Shown one piece after another: positions 14,116 to 27,331 of a DNA stretch of 64,000 nucleotides. The translations under genes were made by a program, and so were the position numbers. The DNA is from Octopus bimaculoides (taxonomy: Eukaryota). The first letter of the stretch is position 1, and each line of letters begins with the position of its first letter. The notes beneath the pieces are model-generated. The model saw only the letters and a list, made by a program, of their open reading frames with translations, was not told the DNA's origin and ran no database searches. Location: positions 36,490,362-36,554,361 of the forward strand of contig NC_068996.1 in the NCBI RefSeq assembly GCF_001194135.2. The letters are read 5' to 3'.

Positions 14116-14480
14116 GGCTGTGTGGTAAGTAGCTTGCTTACCAACAACATAGTTCTGGGCAAGTGTCTTCTACTATAGCCTCGGGCTGACCAAAACCTTG
14201 TGAGTGGATTTGGTAGACGGAAACTGAAAGAAGCCTGTTGTATATATGTTTATATATATGTATGTGTGTGTATATGTTTGTGTGTCTGTGTTTGTCCCCC
14301 CCAACATCGCTTAACAACCGATGGTGGTGTGTTTACATGCCTGTAATGTAGCAGTTCGGCAAAACAGACCAATAGAATAAGTACTAGGCTTCTAAAGAAT
14401 AAGTCCTGGGGTTGATTTCTTCAACTAAAGGTGATGCTCCAGCATGGCCACAGTCAAATGACTGAAACGAGTAAAAGAGT
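14116..14480 (+). mobile_element. SINE family A nested in a family-B SINE
   Basis: It interrupts family B between 'ggcagaattgttagc' (ends 14115) and 'atgccaggcaaaatg' (resumes 14481). Confidence 0.8.
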
Positions 14481-16116
14481 ATGCCAGGCAAAATGTTTAG
14501 CGGCATTTTGTCCATCTTTAAGTCGTTTGAGTTCAAATTCCGCTGAGGTTGACTTTGCCTTTCATCCTTTCAGGGTCGATAAAATAAGTACCAGTTGAAC
14601 ACTGGGGTCAATGTAATTGATTATTCCCTTTCCCAAAATTTCAGGCCTTCTGCTTTATAGTGGGAAGGATTATCATTATTATTATTATTTTACATGACCA
14701 CAGTCCATTGATGGAAATTAGGGAAAGAATTGGGGGAAGAAAAAAAAAGATTCTTGTATATTATATTCAGAAACTCTATTTCTAGAATATCGTATCTTCA
14801 TTAATATTCCTAAAATATTCTCTTTTATTTTTAATTAAAACTCTTCTGTGAGATTCAGTAATTCCTTGAAAAACAGCTTGAAGCATCTCATTAGATTCCA
14901 CTCTGACTCTCTTGAAACTTATACTTAACATCTGTTTCAATAACATACCAATTCCATTTCTATTTTATTTGTTTTTTCCTTGTTTTGCTCATTTTATCAT
15001 TATTATTATTATTATTATTTTAAATTTATTTTTTTTCATTCTGCTCCCTTGTTTGTTTGTTTGTCGTTATTGTTGCTTTTTATCTTATACTTGTTTTATT
15101 TGGTGAGTGTGTGTGTGTATATATAAACGTGGTGGTGGTGGTGGTGGCGATAGCAAGGGTGAGATGATGATGATGATGCTGACAATGATGGTAGTGGTGG
15201 TGGTGGTGGTGGTAGTGGCAATGGTAATAGTGATGGTGGCGATAGCAAGGGTGAGATGATGGTAGTAGTGGTAGTGGTGCTGGTATTAGGGGATGTTTCA
15301 TTTTCGCATATTTTCATGAGATAGAACTAGGCTTTATAAGGCACATTCGGTTGCATGCTTAAATAATTTCTTTTCTCCCATCTGTTTCTCTTCAGGAGCA
15401 AAACCAACTTTAATAAGGAACACCACCCAATATTTCCAGCATCCTGATTAAACCAAACTACACATATATGTGTGTGTATGTGTGTGTTTGTGTATATATG
15501 GTGCATAGTTATGAAGAATGGAATTTATTAAATAATAAATCTAATGCTGTTTAGATAAATTTTGGCAATGATTTCTGCTACCGTTAGCCATTTGCCATAC
15601 ACTAAACTGATATAGTTTTTTTTTGTGGTGGTGGTAGTGGTGGGAGGAGAAGTTGCTTCTATTAGTAAGTAGTGTTGGTGTTTTAGTGGTGGTGGTGGTG
15701 GTAGTGGCTTATTAATAACATTAATTAACTTTTGTAATTATTATAATACTGATTCTGATAGAGTTAATATGATGTTGATAGGTAATGTGTATGATGAGTA
15801 AGACTAGCATTCGTTGGGGGGGGGGCGATTGTCATCGTTGTCATTATTGTCATTGCTATTATCGTCACCACCACCACTGCCAACACCACCATCACCATGA
15901 CCATTATCATAACCATCACTATCATCATCATCAACAGCATTGTAACTAATAACTCATCATCGCTATCATCATTGTCATCATCATCATCATCACATTTATG
16001 CCATCGCCGCTATCACTATTATCAATTTCACAATTACTGTTATTATTACCATCAAAATCATACCACCATCATCAGTCATACACCAGTATCATCATCATCA
16101 TCATCATCATCACCAC

Positions 16117-16280
16117 CACCACCACCATTACAACCATCACCACCACCATTACAACCATCACCACCACCATTACAACCATCACCACCACCATTACAACCAT
16201 CACCACCACCATTACAACCATCACCACCACCATTACAACCATCACCACCACCATTACAACCATCACCACCACTATTACAA
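16117..16280. repeat. Near-perfect 21-bp minisatellite
   Basis: About seven to eight copies of caccaccaccattacaaccat. Confidence 0.95.
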
Positions 16281-17222
16281 TAGTCTGTGGATATTGTTTC
16301 ACTGGACAATGATATATTCATCAGTTCAACGATATATTTTGTCTATTTACAACTGCCTTGTTTTGATGAGGTTCTCCCTCCCTCCTTCCCTCACGTGACA
16401 TTCATACTTCTATTACATCTACCTTCTGTCTGTCTGTCTGTCTGTCTGTCTCAAGCTATCACCACTCGCCATCTCACTAATCCCTGTATGAGAAAGGATG
16501 TGTGTGTGTGTGTATGTGTATAGATGTTGGTGTGTATCATCATCATCATCATCATCATTTAGTGTCCATTTTCCATGTCTGGCATGAGTGTGTGTATGTA
16601 TATATATATATATNNNNNNNNNNNNNNNNNNNNNNNNNNNNNNNNNNNNNNNNNNNNNNNNNNNNNNNNNNNNNNNNNNNNNNNNNNNNNNNNNNNNNNN
16701 NNNNNNNNNNNNNTATATATATTAAGAGAGAGAGATTTATATTTATATATGATAGTGTGATAGTGTGTAAACATGTTTTTATAGTGTATATGTATATACA
16801 GGAGATCTTCATGTATGTGTACGTGTGAGTATATATATATGTATATGTAATGAACGTGTGTGTCTATGTAGAGATATATATGTATATCTATGATAGTGTA
16901 TAAGCATATTTTTATAGCATGAGTATGTGTATGTATATGTATATACGTGTATGTATGTGTGTGTGTGTGTGCATGTATTTCTATATATATGTTTATAGAT
17001 ACGCTTGTGCATCTGATCTATATGGATATAATTCTAGTGAATATCTGCAACCAAGATGATTCATCAATTTCTCCCCNNNNNNNNNNNNNNNNNNNNNNNN
17101 NNNNNNNNNNNNNNNNNNNNNNNNNNNNNNNNNNNNNNNNNNNNNNNNNNNNNNNNNNNNNNNNNNNNNNNNNNCACTCACACACCTTGTTCTAACCAAT
17201 GCCATCCTTTTCATTCTTTTTC

Positions 17223-17257
<35 letters not shown>

Positions 17258-18559
17258 TCCTTCCTTGTTTATTATTTTATTAATCTTTGAATATTCCAAC
17301 AAACTCAAACACAAAATATATTTTCCTTAATTTTGCAATTTTTTCTTTTTTCTTTTTTTTTTGTTCTTATTCCATATTTTCAACACAAATTCTTTACATA
17401 TTTCCAAATTGAATCTGCTGCTTTGCGTAGTACAAAAATTATTCCAATCTATCTCTGCTATTTATCTCCAGTCCTGACAATTGTGTCATGGAGACGAGAG
17501 AGATCATTGCTCTGTCGGTGTTGTTGTTGTTGTTTAACCCTGAGATTGTTCTTATGAAGCTGACCAACTATCAGTGCCATTCCAACCATGGTTGTTCATT
17601 TACTTGGATATAGTATATTTAGAGCCACGTTTTGGAATCATTCTCTTTATTTCTCTCTCTCTTTCTTTCTTTCTCTAAGATAACAATAATGTGTGGTTTG
17701 AGGGAGATTTGGTTGCTATTTCTAGCAGCTCAAGTAACTCTTTACAAAACACCTTCTTTGATTTGTTGTTGTTGATGTTGTTATTGCTGTGATAACCTTA
17801 GGTCAGATTGATTTACGTATAGTGTTGCTGTTATTGCTGCTCGCCTTTCTACTCTTGGAATCACAGAATACAATATAAAAACAGACTGGATGAAATACCT
17901 TTGGCTGTAGTTGGCCAATCCAAAATTCAAGCATAGAAAATCCTGTCTCAGTTTTCTCCCTTGCATTATGGGGAATAATTGTCTTTAACGCTTGTGGCTT
18001 TTTTAAAGTATAATTTTAATTTCAATTGATTAAATATATTTTCGACTTGCCAACTTATGTATTGTAGCCTGCATCCAACTATCAAAAGAATAGTTGAGCT
18101 TCCTTGAATAAAAAATAGTGGTTGTAAATGTTGTTTAACCCTGGGTCACTCTGATACAGTACACCTACGACCAATAGTATTTTTGCCTTGACCATCTTGT
18201 TTCGTTTTCTTTTTCCTTTCTCCTTTTTCTTTTGTATATGCATTTGTTGTGTTTTTCCTTTTCTACGTTTTTGAAGTTATGAAAAAGATATGGTTGCTAT
18301 CCTGCTATCTGTTGCAAACCAAATCACTGCAAAAAGGTTCCATCTTTGGCTCACATGCTGTTGGTTCTAGGTTACAGGAACTTTTGATATATTCATGACA
18401 ATACAGTTCTGTTTCTCCTTAAAAATCAGTGCAATGCAGACTCCATTGTGTAATGGTACTGCTTGGAAAGATGGCACTTCATTTCTAAGAATGGCCATGC
18501 TTCTCCTACAATTTGTATAATACTCAGTTTTTCACAGCTTAGACTCTTGAAAATATTTG

Positions 18560-18830
18560 GCAGCCTGACAATGGTGTAATGTACAGAATACTAGCACTTT
18601 CACTACAGGTTCACCAAAGGAAGATTTTTTTTCCCATTCAGTTTCCATCTGATATATGTAATATTAATGAAAGTGTGGTTGAAATGAATACAAGTTTTTT
18701 TCAAAAACCGCAGGCTGTTTGTGATTATTGCTGTTCATATTCTTATTTTGTAGTGTTGCAATAATTCCACATTAATAAAAATCTGTTGGTGGAATATTCC
18801 AGTAAAATTATTCCTTTCATTAAACACAGC
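18560..18830 (-). mobile_element. Possible RTE-like RT relic
   Basis: Degenerate KGNNFTGI ... ACGF*KK ... TLSLILH ... EWEKNLPL, reminiscent of 'NYRGI', 'QCGFRK' and 'EWN.PL'. Heavily decayed. Confidence 0.35.
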
Positions 18831-20168
18831 AGATCAGGTAGCTGCTGTTAGCCTCTGGGGGGAAACAAACTAAAAAATATTTACATGTAGACAATGTTTA
18901 AACAATTATTCAAAATTGTTTGCGTTCTTCAGAACAAACTAAAACATCCAAGTGATTAAAATGTTTGATATCTGCATTGTGTGTGTGTGTGTGTGTGGTA
19001 TTGTGATGAATGTGTTTAGTATTTTGTGATGATTGTGATGCATATAGTGTATATAGGTATCGTGTATGTATTTTGTTGTTTTGGTGTGTGTGTGTGTGTT
19101 ATGTACTGTATTTCTGTGTCATGTGATGTGTATATGTGATGTAGTGTACATGTGTGTGTGAAGTGTTGTTGCAATGAATGCATGTGTGTATGTATGTGTA
19201 TAGTATATGAAGTGTTATGTGTGTGTATTTTACTGCACGCGTTTCTTGCGCATTGTGTATATATTATGCAGTATGTGTGTGTATGCTTGTGTAGTAGTAT
19301 TCCTATGCATACACATNNNNNNNNNNNNNNNNNNNNNNNNNNNNNNNNNNNNNNNNNNNNNNNNNNNNNNNNNNNNNNNNNNNNNNNNNNNNNNNNNNNN
19401 NNNNNNNNNNNNNNNNNNNNNNNNNNNNNNNNNNNNNNNNNNNNNNNNNNNNNNNNNNNNNNNNNNNNNNNNNNNNNNNNNNNNNNNNNNNNNNNNNNNN
19501 NNNNNNNNNNNNNNNNNNNNNNNNNNNNNNNNNNNNNNNNNNNNNNNNNNNNNNNNNNNNNNNNNNNNNNNNNNNNNNNNNNNNNNNNNNNNNNNNNNNN
19601 NNNNNNNNNNNNNNNNNNNNNNNNNNNNNNNNNNNNNNNNNNNNNNNNNNNNNNNNNNNNNNNNNNNNNNNNNNNNNNNNNNNNNNNNNNNNNNNNNNNN
19701 NNNNNNNNNNNNNNNNNNNNNNNNNNNNNNNNNNNNNNNNNNNNNNNNNNNNNNNNNNNNNNNNNNNNNNNNNNNNNNNNNNNNNNNNNNNNNNNNNNNN
19801 NNNNNNNNNNNNNNNNNNNNNNNNNNNNNNNNNNNNNNNNNNNNNNNNNNNNNNNNNNNNNNNNNNNNNNNNNNNNNNNNNNNNNNNNNNNNNNNNNNNN
19901 NNNNNNNNNNNNNNNNNNNNNNNNNNNNNNNNNNNNNNNNNNNNNNNNNNNNNNNNNNNNNNNNNNNNNNNNNNNNNNNNNNNNNNNNNNNNNNNNNNNN
20001 NNNNNNNNNNNNNNNNNNNNNNNNNNNNNNNNNNNNNNNNNNNNNNNNNNNNNNNNNNNNNNNNNNNNNNNNNNNNNNNNNNNNNNNNNNNNNNNNNNNN
20101 NNNNNNNNNNNNNNNNNNNNNNNNNNNNNNNNNNNNNNNNNNNNNNNNNNNNNNNNNNNNNNNNNNNN

Positions 20169-20222
<54 letters not shown>

Positions 20223-20524
20223 TACATACACTCTCTCTCACACACATGCTCACATTCATATACACATACACATAAAGTGTTGGCTATGTCGCCTCACTTT
20301 ATGGCTGATAGTGTATAGCTAAGTTTATGTCAGTACACACGCACACACATACATATACATGTTCACACACATACACATTCATGTACACACACACACTCTA
20401 CAGACTCAAGGAACCTATAACATCTGTCTATATAAATCTATATAATTTCTTTCTAAATATAAATCAATTTTTTTCTGTGTTTTTCATTATCAGTGATTTC
20501 CTTCTCATTGTTATCTATGGTGGC

Positions 20525-20586
<62 letters not shown>

Positions 20587-20589
20587 TCT

Positions 20590-21660
20590 GCCAGCTTGAC
20601 TCTGGATGACTTGTTAGCCTACCAGACAAAATGCTTAGCAGTATTTTGTCCACCTTTGCATTCTGAGTTCAAACTCTGCCAAGGTCAACTTTGCCTTTCA
20701 TCTTTTAGAGTCGTTGAATATAAGTACCAGTCAACCACTGGAGTTAATGTAATCGACTAGACCTTTCTTCCAAAATTTCAGGCCTTGTGCCTATTTTAGA
20801 AAGAATTATTATTATGGTGGCAAGCTAGCAGAATCATTAGCACACCAGGCAAAATGCTTAGTGGCATTGCAGCCAATCTCTATGTTCTCGGTTCAAATTC
20901 CACTGAGGTCAGCTTTGACTTTCATCCTTTCAGGTTCAATAAAATAAGCACCAGTTGAACATTGGGGATCGATATAATTGAATTACCCACTCTGGCAGAA
21001 TTTGAACTCAGGATGTAAAGAACTAGAAATATAACTGTTTCGCCTGACAGAATCGTTAGCACACCGGGCGAAATGCTTAGCGGTATTTCATCTGTCTTTA
21101 TACGTTCTGAGTTCAAATTCCGCCGAGGTCAACTTTGTCTTCCATCCTTTTGGGGTCGATAAATTAAGTACCAGGTATGCACTGGGGTCGATGTAATTGA
21201 CTTAATCCCTTTGTCTGTCCTTGTTTGTCCCCTCTATGTTTAGCCCCTTGTGGGCAATAAAGAAATAAGAAATATAACTTTCCATTATAGGCACAAGGCC
21301 TAAAAGTCTTACAAAGTTGACTTTGTCTTCCATCATCCTTTCAGGGTTGATAAAATAAGTACCAGTTGAACACTTTGGTTGATGTAATTGATTGACACCA
21401 TCCCCCTCCCCACCAGAATCGCTGGCTGTGTATCAAAATTTGAAGCCATTATTATAGTGATAAATTATCAAGGTGTGCACAGGTAGAATCATAAACACCT
21501 TTGACAAAATGCTTTGCAGTATCCCTTCCAACTCTACATTCTGAACTCAAATCCTGCTTAAGTCGAAACTTTGACTTTTGTCCTTTCAGGGCCAATAAAA
21601 TAAGGTACTGGTTGAGTTTTGTGGTCGATGTAGCTGATTGGCTTTGTGCCAAAATTAGAA
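20590..21660 (+). mobile_element. Head-to-tail cluster of about five family-B SINEs
   Basis: Repeated 'ttctgagttcaaatt...gtcaactttgcctttcatcc...aataagtaccag' units start near 20600, 20820, 21045, 21310 and 21470. Confidence 0.85.
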
Positions 21661-21906
21661 AGAATTTTTCACTTCATCTGGCTGCAGTCATTGGTCTGTA
21701 ATCATATGAAGACTTGCATTAATTATATTGACAGTAGGCCTTAGTCTGTGAAATCATGTGATCTAGTGGTTAGTGTGCTTGAATCACAATCATAAAGTGC
21801 TTCTAGGATTGGTCAGCACATTGTGCTCTTGAACAAGACACTTCAGTTTTAGCTTGCTCCTAGTTGGAATAGGTACCAGGTGAATACACATGCAGCCTTC
21901 TCCCCC

Positions 21907-21943
<37 letters not shown>

Positions 21944-21953
21944 NNNNNNNNNN

Positions 21954-22002
<49 letters not shown>

Positions 22003-23257
22003 AACTGTTATATCTTCATTGTTCCACTGAGTCAAAGATGGGAGTGCCCAGATGATGCCTCTGCCCAGTCAAGACATCGAAAGCATTTAGCAAATTCATG
22101 GGGCATATTACAAAGGTGTATTCACTCACAAGTGGTAGCTGGCTGTGCTTTTTCAGGCCTTGGTCTGGCCCTTAAGTTATCTGTGTCTATATGTACGTGC
22201 ATGTGCATTTGCTCAGACCAGAAGTTCTCAACCATTGCTCCCAGGTCTGCATGTGGCCTTCAAGCATCCTTCCAGTGGCCCCTGGTGGTCTTCACTCTAT
22301 AAATATAGTAAATTTTTCTTTAATTGACTTATGCTTTACTTTTTTTTTTGGTGCAGCCCCATAAAAATTTTTTTTTTAAATCTAGGTTTGGGATCTGACC
22401 CAGATATTCAAAATGTCAAGGGCTGCTAGCTCAGACAGTCCAGTTGTGGCAGAAGAGGATGAAGCACTTTGGAAATTACACAATGGTCCTTTTCAAAAGT
22501 TCCACATTTTCTTGTGTATTCCACTGTAAAGAATCTTTGGTTGAAATACTAGTCTTGGATTTACTGCCTTATACAATGCTCCAAGTTCAAATCTTTTTCA
22601 GCTGATTCATTCAGCCATAAATAACAACAGTATACTGTGGCCATTTGAATCCGAGATGATACTGGGATGTTGCTGGCCATGCTAAATAGTATTTGAATCC
22701 AGCCATACCAGTCCTGTAGAAATTACTTTCATGTGAATTTTCAACTATTCTATATTTGAGTTTATTTTTTAGATACACCACTAAGGATCTACTTGAGGGC
22801 TGTCATGGTTATATTCAAATATATTACCATTTTATGTCTGATTCTATTTAACTACATCACCATTCTATAGCTAGATTTTATTTAAATACACAATCAAGGG
22901 GCTGTATGTGGATTCCATTTAAATATATATTATCAGCAGATTTTAACTAAATAACTGGATTTAAATAAATAACAGTGTTCCATGTGGGTTCTAGAAGTGT
23001 GTTTCATTTAAATAAGTTGGTATTCTGTCTCTGGGTTCCATTTAAATACCCAAGTATTTTATTAATTTGTTCTATATTCAGTATAAGTATTATTACCATA
23101 GCAACACTGAGTTTTAATTTAGCATACCATCATTTCTATATCAAAATTTAACATTCTTTCTTTCTTTTCCATAGAAAAAAACAGAATAGATATTCTTAGC
23201 TTCAGCAAGTCTCCAGTCTTTTAAATTAAATTAATGTCAGCAGCGTTATATTTGAAA

Positions 23258-23600
23258 TGTGACGGCGCATGGCTCACTGGCTAGAGCATCGAGCTTACGA
23301 CTGTGAGGTTGTGAGTTCGAATCCTGGACTGGGCTGCGTGTTGTGTTCTTGAGCAAGACACTTTATTTCACATTGCTCCAGTTCACTCAGTTGTAGAAAT
23401 GAGTTGCGACGTCACTGGTGCCAAGCTGTATCAGCCTTTGCCTTTCCCTTGGATAACATCAGTGGTGTGGAGAGGGGAGACCGGTATGCATGGGTGACTG
23501 CTGGTCGTCCATAACCAACCTTGCCCGAACTTGTGCCTCGGAGGGTAACTTTCTAGGTGCAATCCCATAGTCATTCATGCCCGAAGGGGGTCTCAGCATA
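23258..23600 (+). mobile_element. Full-length tRNA-derived SINE (family D) with 11-bp TSD
   Basis: A-box-like TGGCTCACTGG, B-box GTTCGAATCC and central 'gttcttgagcaagacact' domain. Flanked by direct repeat tatatttgaaa (23247-23257 and 23601-23611). Empty site in the paralogous arm at 40489-40499. Confidence 0.9.
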
Positions 23601-23889
23601 TATATTTGAAAGTGGGTTTTTTCTAGAATATTAAAACTACTTTAAATATTTGACAATCTCCCGATTCTATTTCAAATACTTCAAAATACATTGAATTATT
23701 TAATAACAATAATAACGATGATGATAATGATAAGGATAATAATGATAATTATAACAATAATAATAATAATAATCTTGATTGCATCATAATATTTATTTGA
23801 TAGTTTCCATTATTGCATACACTTATCTGTTCTCTCAGAGTATACTCAAGCAGCTGTCTTCTCTGAATATAGTCATAATTCTAACTTAC

Positions 23890-23904
23890 CAGGAACCACT
23901 TCAT
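23890..23904 (-). CDS. Putative first coding micro-exon (MKWFL), left paralog
   Basis: The minus strand reads ATG AAG TGG TTC CTG followed by a consensus donor GTAAGT (23889-23884), with an in-frame TAA four codons upstream. The identical motif is kept in the inverted duplicate at 40234. No downstream exon was identified. Confidence 0.4.
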
Positions 23905-24533
23905 ATTTAGTAATTATGGAAACAATGAGACTGTAGTATTCAGACTTCGTTGACCAAAATGTGGGAAAAAAAAACTCAAAACATGGGAAGCGCTGCTTAG
24001 CTTGGTTCTCAGGAGATTCAAGGTGAATAATTAATGCAAATGAGAATGCGTTGTCTACAATGGAGTCCGATACATCGACATAACATGAACTGAATACCTC
24101 AATGAAAAATATGCAAGTATTAGGAGATGTTTTTTTCTCCCGTGAGACAACAAATGTCTTGTCTACAACTGGACTTGTAGATACTACATTGGCCTGCGTA
24201 GTCACATGTGCGTCCACAGGAATTAAATCTGATGGACAATCAACCTCAATCCCAAGGGATTGCTAACAGCAGTGTGAAAATGTGTGCGTGTGAGTGTGTG
24301 CGTGCACGTGCATGTGCGTGTGTGTGTTCAGCATGAAGAAGTCAGCAGTCGACTGGCTGCACAGTCAGGTGGTGAGCAAGCATGTGTAAAATGGTGGGAA
24401 GGAGGGGAGAAAAAAATTAACAATGAGGTATTGGTCACAGTTGAGAAATAGTGTATGTGTGCATGTATGTGTACGTTTATCATTTATATATATATGTGTG
24501 TGTGTGTATCTATCTGTTTATATATATATGTAC

Positions 24534-24581
<48 letters not shown>

Positions 24582-24877
24582 NNNNNNNNNNNNNNNNNNN
24601 NNNNNNNNNNNNNNNNNNNNNNNNNNNNNNNNNNNNNNNNNNNNNNNNNNNNNNNNNNNNNNNNNNNNNNNNNNNNNNNNNNNNNNNNNNNNNNNNNNNN
24701 NNNNNNNNNNNNNNNNNNNNNNNNNNNNNNNNNNNNNNNNNNNNNNNNNNNNNNNNNNNNNNNNNNNNNNNNNNNNNNNNNNNNNNNNNNNNNNNNNNNN
24801 NNNNNNNNNNNNNNNNNNNNNNNNNNNNNNNNNNNNNNNNNNNNNNNNNNNNNNNNNNNNNNNNNNNNNNNNNNNNN

Positions 24878-24921
<44 letters not shown>

Positions 24922-25126
24922 GTACATATATATGTGTATATATATATATGTATGTGTTTGTATATATGTCTATCTGTCTATCTATATATATCTATCTATA
25001 CACACACACACACACACAGAAGCTTTGAAATTTTTCATGCGTTTGTATTGATCACTTGAGTGTTTAACTCAAGAAAATCAAAAACATTCAAACATACTCT
25101 TTACACACACACACACACACACACAC

Positions 25127-25168
<42 letters not shown>

Positions 25169-26154
25169 ATATATATACACACATACAAATACATATATAT
25201 ACATACATAAGCATACACATACATTCACATACTTGCATATATATGTATATGTGTGTATCATCATTGCTTTATATCAGATTTTTGTACTGGTATGGGTTGA
25301 AGAGTCTAAATTAGTTCTTAATTGGAATTATTGCTTACCTAGATGGTTTAGTCAATGACATTGTGCTTACCTATTTCAAATACACACACACACAGACACA
25401 TACACATGCAAGTGTGCACATAGTGAAGTCCCAATTAACTGGATCTTTATCATAAATTTGACTTCACTCTTAATATGAAATCACTCATTTGTAAATCTTC
25501 AGGTGTTATATTTAAGTTCTTTAAAACAACATTATTTGAACACATGTGTACACACACACACACACACTCACACACACAATAGCTGAGGATGTAACAATGT
25601 TACCACAAATGAAACATAAATTTAGTTCATATTGTGTATTTTTTTCAGACAGACAATGAACCTCACTAACTTTTAAAAGTTAGTTATTGAGAAGACCATA
25701 AAAATTGCTGAAATTAATGAGAAAGATATTTATGAATTGTTATTAATAGATTTACTAGTTTTATATTTAGACCAAATCTTTGCACTTGTATTCTGTTATA
25801 ATTTGGGTGGTGTTTTGCTATAGGACTAAGACACCGGATAACAATGTTGGAAAGTTGAATTTTGCAAACATACAGTCAGCCAAAATTTTGGAACAGTTTT
25901 TAAAAACTGAAATTGTCCAATATATGCTCCAACCAAATATAACTTAGGGTATTTAATATAAAAATTCTAATTTTCAGGCCTATATTCCAAACTTCTGGCC
26001 ACAACTGCATAGACAACATGCAACAATTCTTAAGCCATATTTGTGAATATATGAATACAAACTTTTGGAGCTGTACTCACACACATTAATGCATATTGCT
26101 ATATATACATACATACATATACATACACATAAATATACATACATATACATACAC

Positions 26155-26205
<51 letters not shown>

Positions 26206-27285
26206 TACATATCCACATGCACACACTTGATAAGATTACAAGTTTCCTTGAGTTTTTTTTTTGTTTTAAACCAGTTCACCTGAGGCCACCCCTGTTCCTA
26301 TGACTCCAACTTCCCATAAAAATTTCATGTTAATTTTGTTCCAAACACCAGCTTAATAACAAGCAAGTTATTTCACTAAATTCTTCAGTAGAAATATCCT
26401 ATTTATATGATTTATCTCCCAGATCTTACCATTGTGTTCGTCTTCGCTTTTCTGATACCAACCTACCTGAGACCATCCCTTGTTCTGTGATACAAACTTC
26501 CTCCTTAAAAGTGATCCAAATTAAAACTTTTCATTAAAATTCCATATTAATGTTCTAAACACTAGCTTAATAATTACAATGTTAGTTAACTAAATTCTTA
26601 ATTATTTTCAAAATTAATTGAAATAAAGGCAGTGTATTCCAACAGAAATATGGGAACAAAAGTGGTTAAAATCAAGTATGGAACTTTCCTTCTAAATTTT
26701 AAAGGAGACCTTATTTCTTACTTAGTAACAAGCTCCTTCTTCAGATCAGAAATTCATAGAATAAACACAGAAGAGAATATATTTATAAAAATTTACCTAA
26801 TTACAAGGGAGGTATCAAGGACAACAGTGCCACCTTGAAAATAAGGAATACTGGTAAAAACATTTCTAATGAATTCTTGTATCAAATTCTCTCTCAGAAG
26901 ATTTTGTGATTTGCTCTAAATAACAAGAAACTGTATTATAATGGGTAAGTCAGCTGTCTGATTGGCAAGTCGGTGAAAAATGAGAACATTTGTAGAGAAT
27001 TGATTCAGAATTGGTAAATTATGTAATCTGATTCACATTTTTATCATTGGTGCCTGTTAAAGACCTGGTTATTCTGAAAATAGAAACAGTAGCTTCAGGA
27101 ATTAACACAAATAACTGAAATTCTGTGAATTCTATCTCCAAGTGTAATGATAAAAACCTATACATGTTTCCTGAAGTTGAGCCTCTTTAAGAACTGGTGC
27201 ATACTATTTACCAAATATACATATACTATATACATTTATATAATGTATGTATGTGCATATGTATATTTGTATGTGTATGTGTACT

Positions 27286-27331
<46 letters not shown>

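Larger units (their letters stand above)
22817..24021 (-). repeat. Left arm of inverted duplication (contains family-D SINE insertion)
   Basis: The reverse complement aligns by eye to 40093-40942, e.g. 'caagtctccagtcttttaaattaaattaatgtcagcagc' vs 'gctgctgacattaatttaatttaaaagactggagacttg'. Length minus SINE and TSD is 851 bp, against 850 bp for the right arm. Confidence 0.9.

Noticed and set aside
17484-17520. miR-281-like 5' seed 'tgtcatgga'
   Set aside because: The match is limited to about 9 nt, I saw no hairpin, and it adjoins a dispersed repeat.
19016-20322. Long ORFs of 200-400 aa (also 24.4, 29.4, 33.9, 60.4 and 62.5 kb)
   Set aside because: They consist almost entirely of X from N-gaps.
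22570-22727. Candidate exon 2 for the left MKWFL exon (minus strand acceptor 'ttctacag|GAC TGG…', about 50 open codons)
   Set aside because: It has no counterpart in the right paralog, does not continue a signal peptide, and contains internal 'ggattcaaat' repeats like the degenerate intronic repeats nearby.
23264-23335. tRNA gene
   Set aside because: It has A and B boxes but no proper acceptor stem, and it continues into a SINE body bounded by a TSD.
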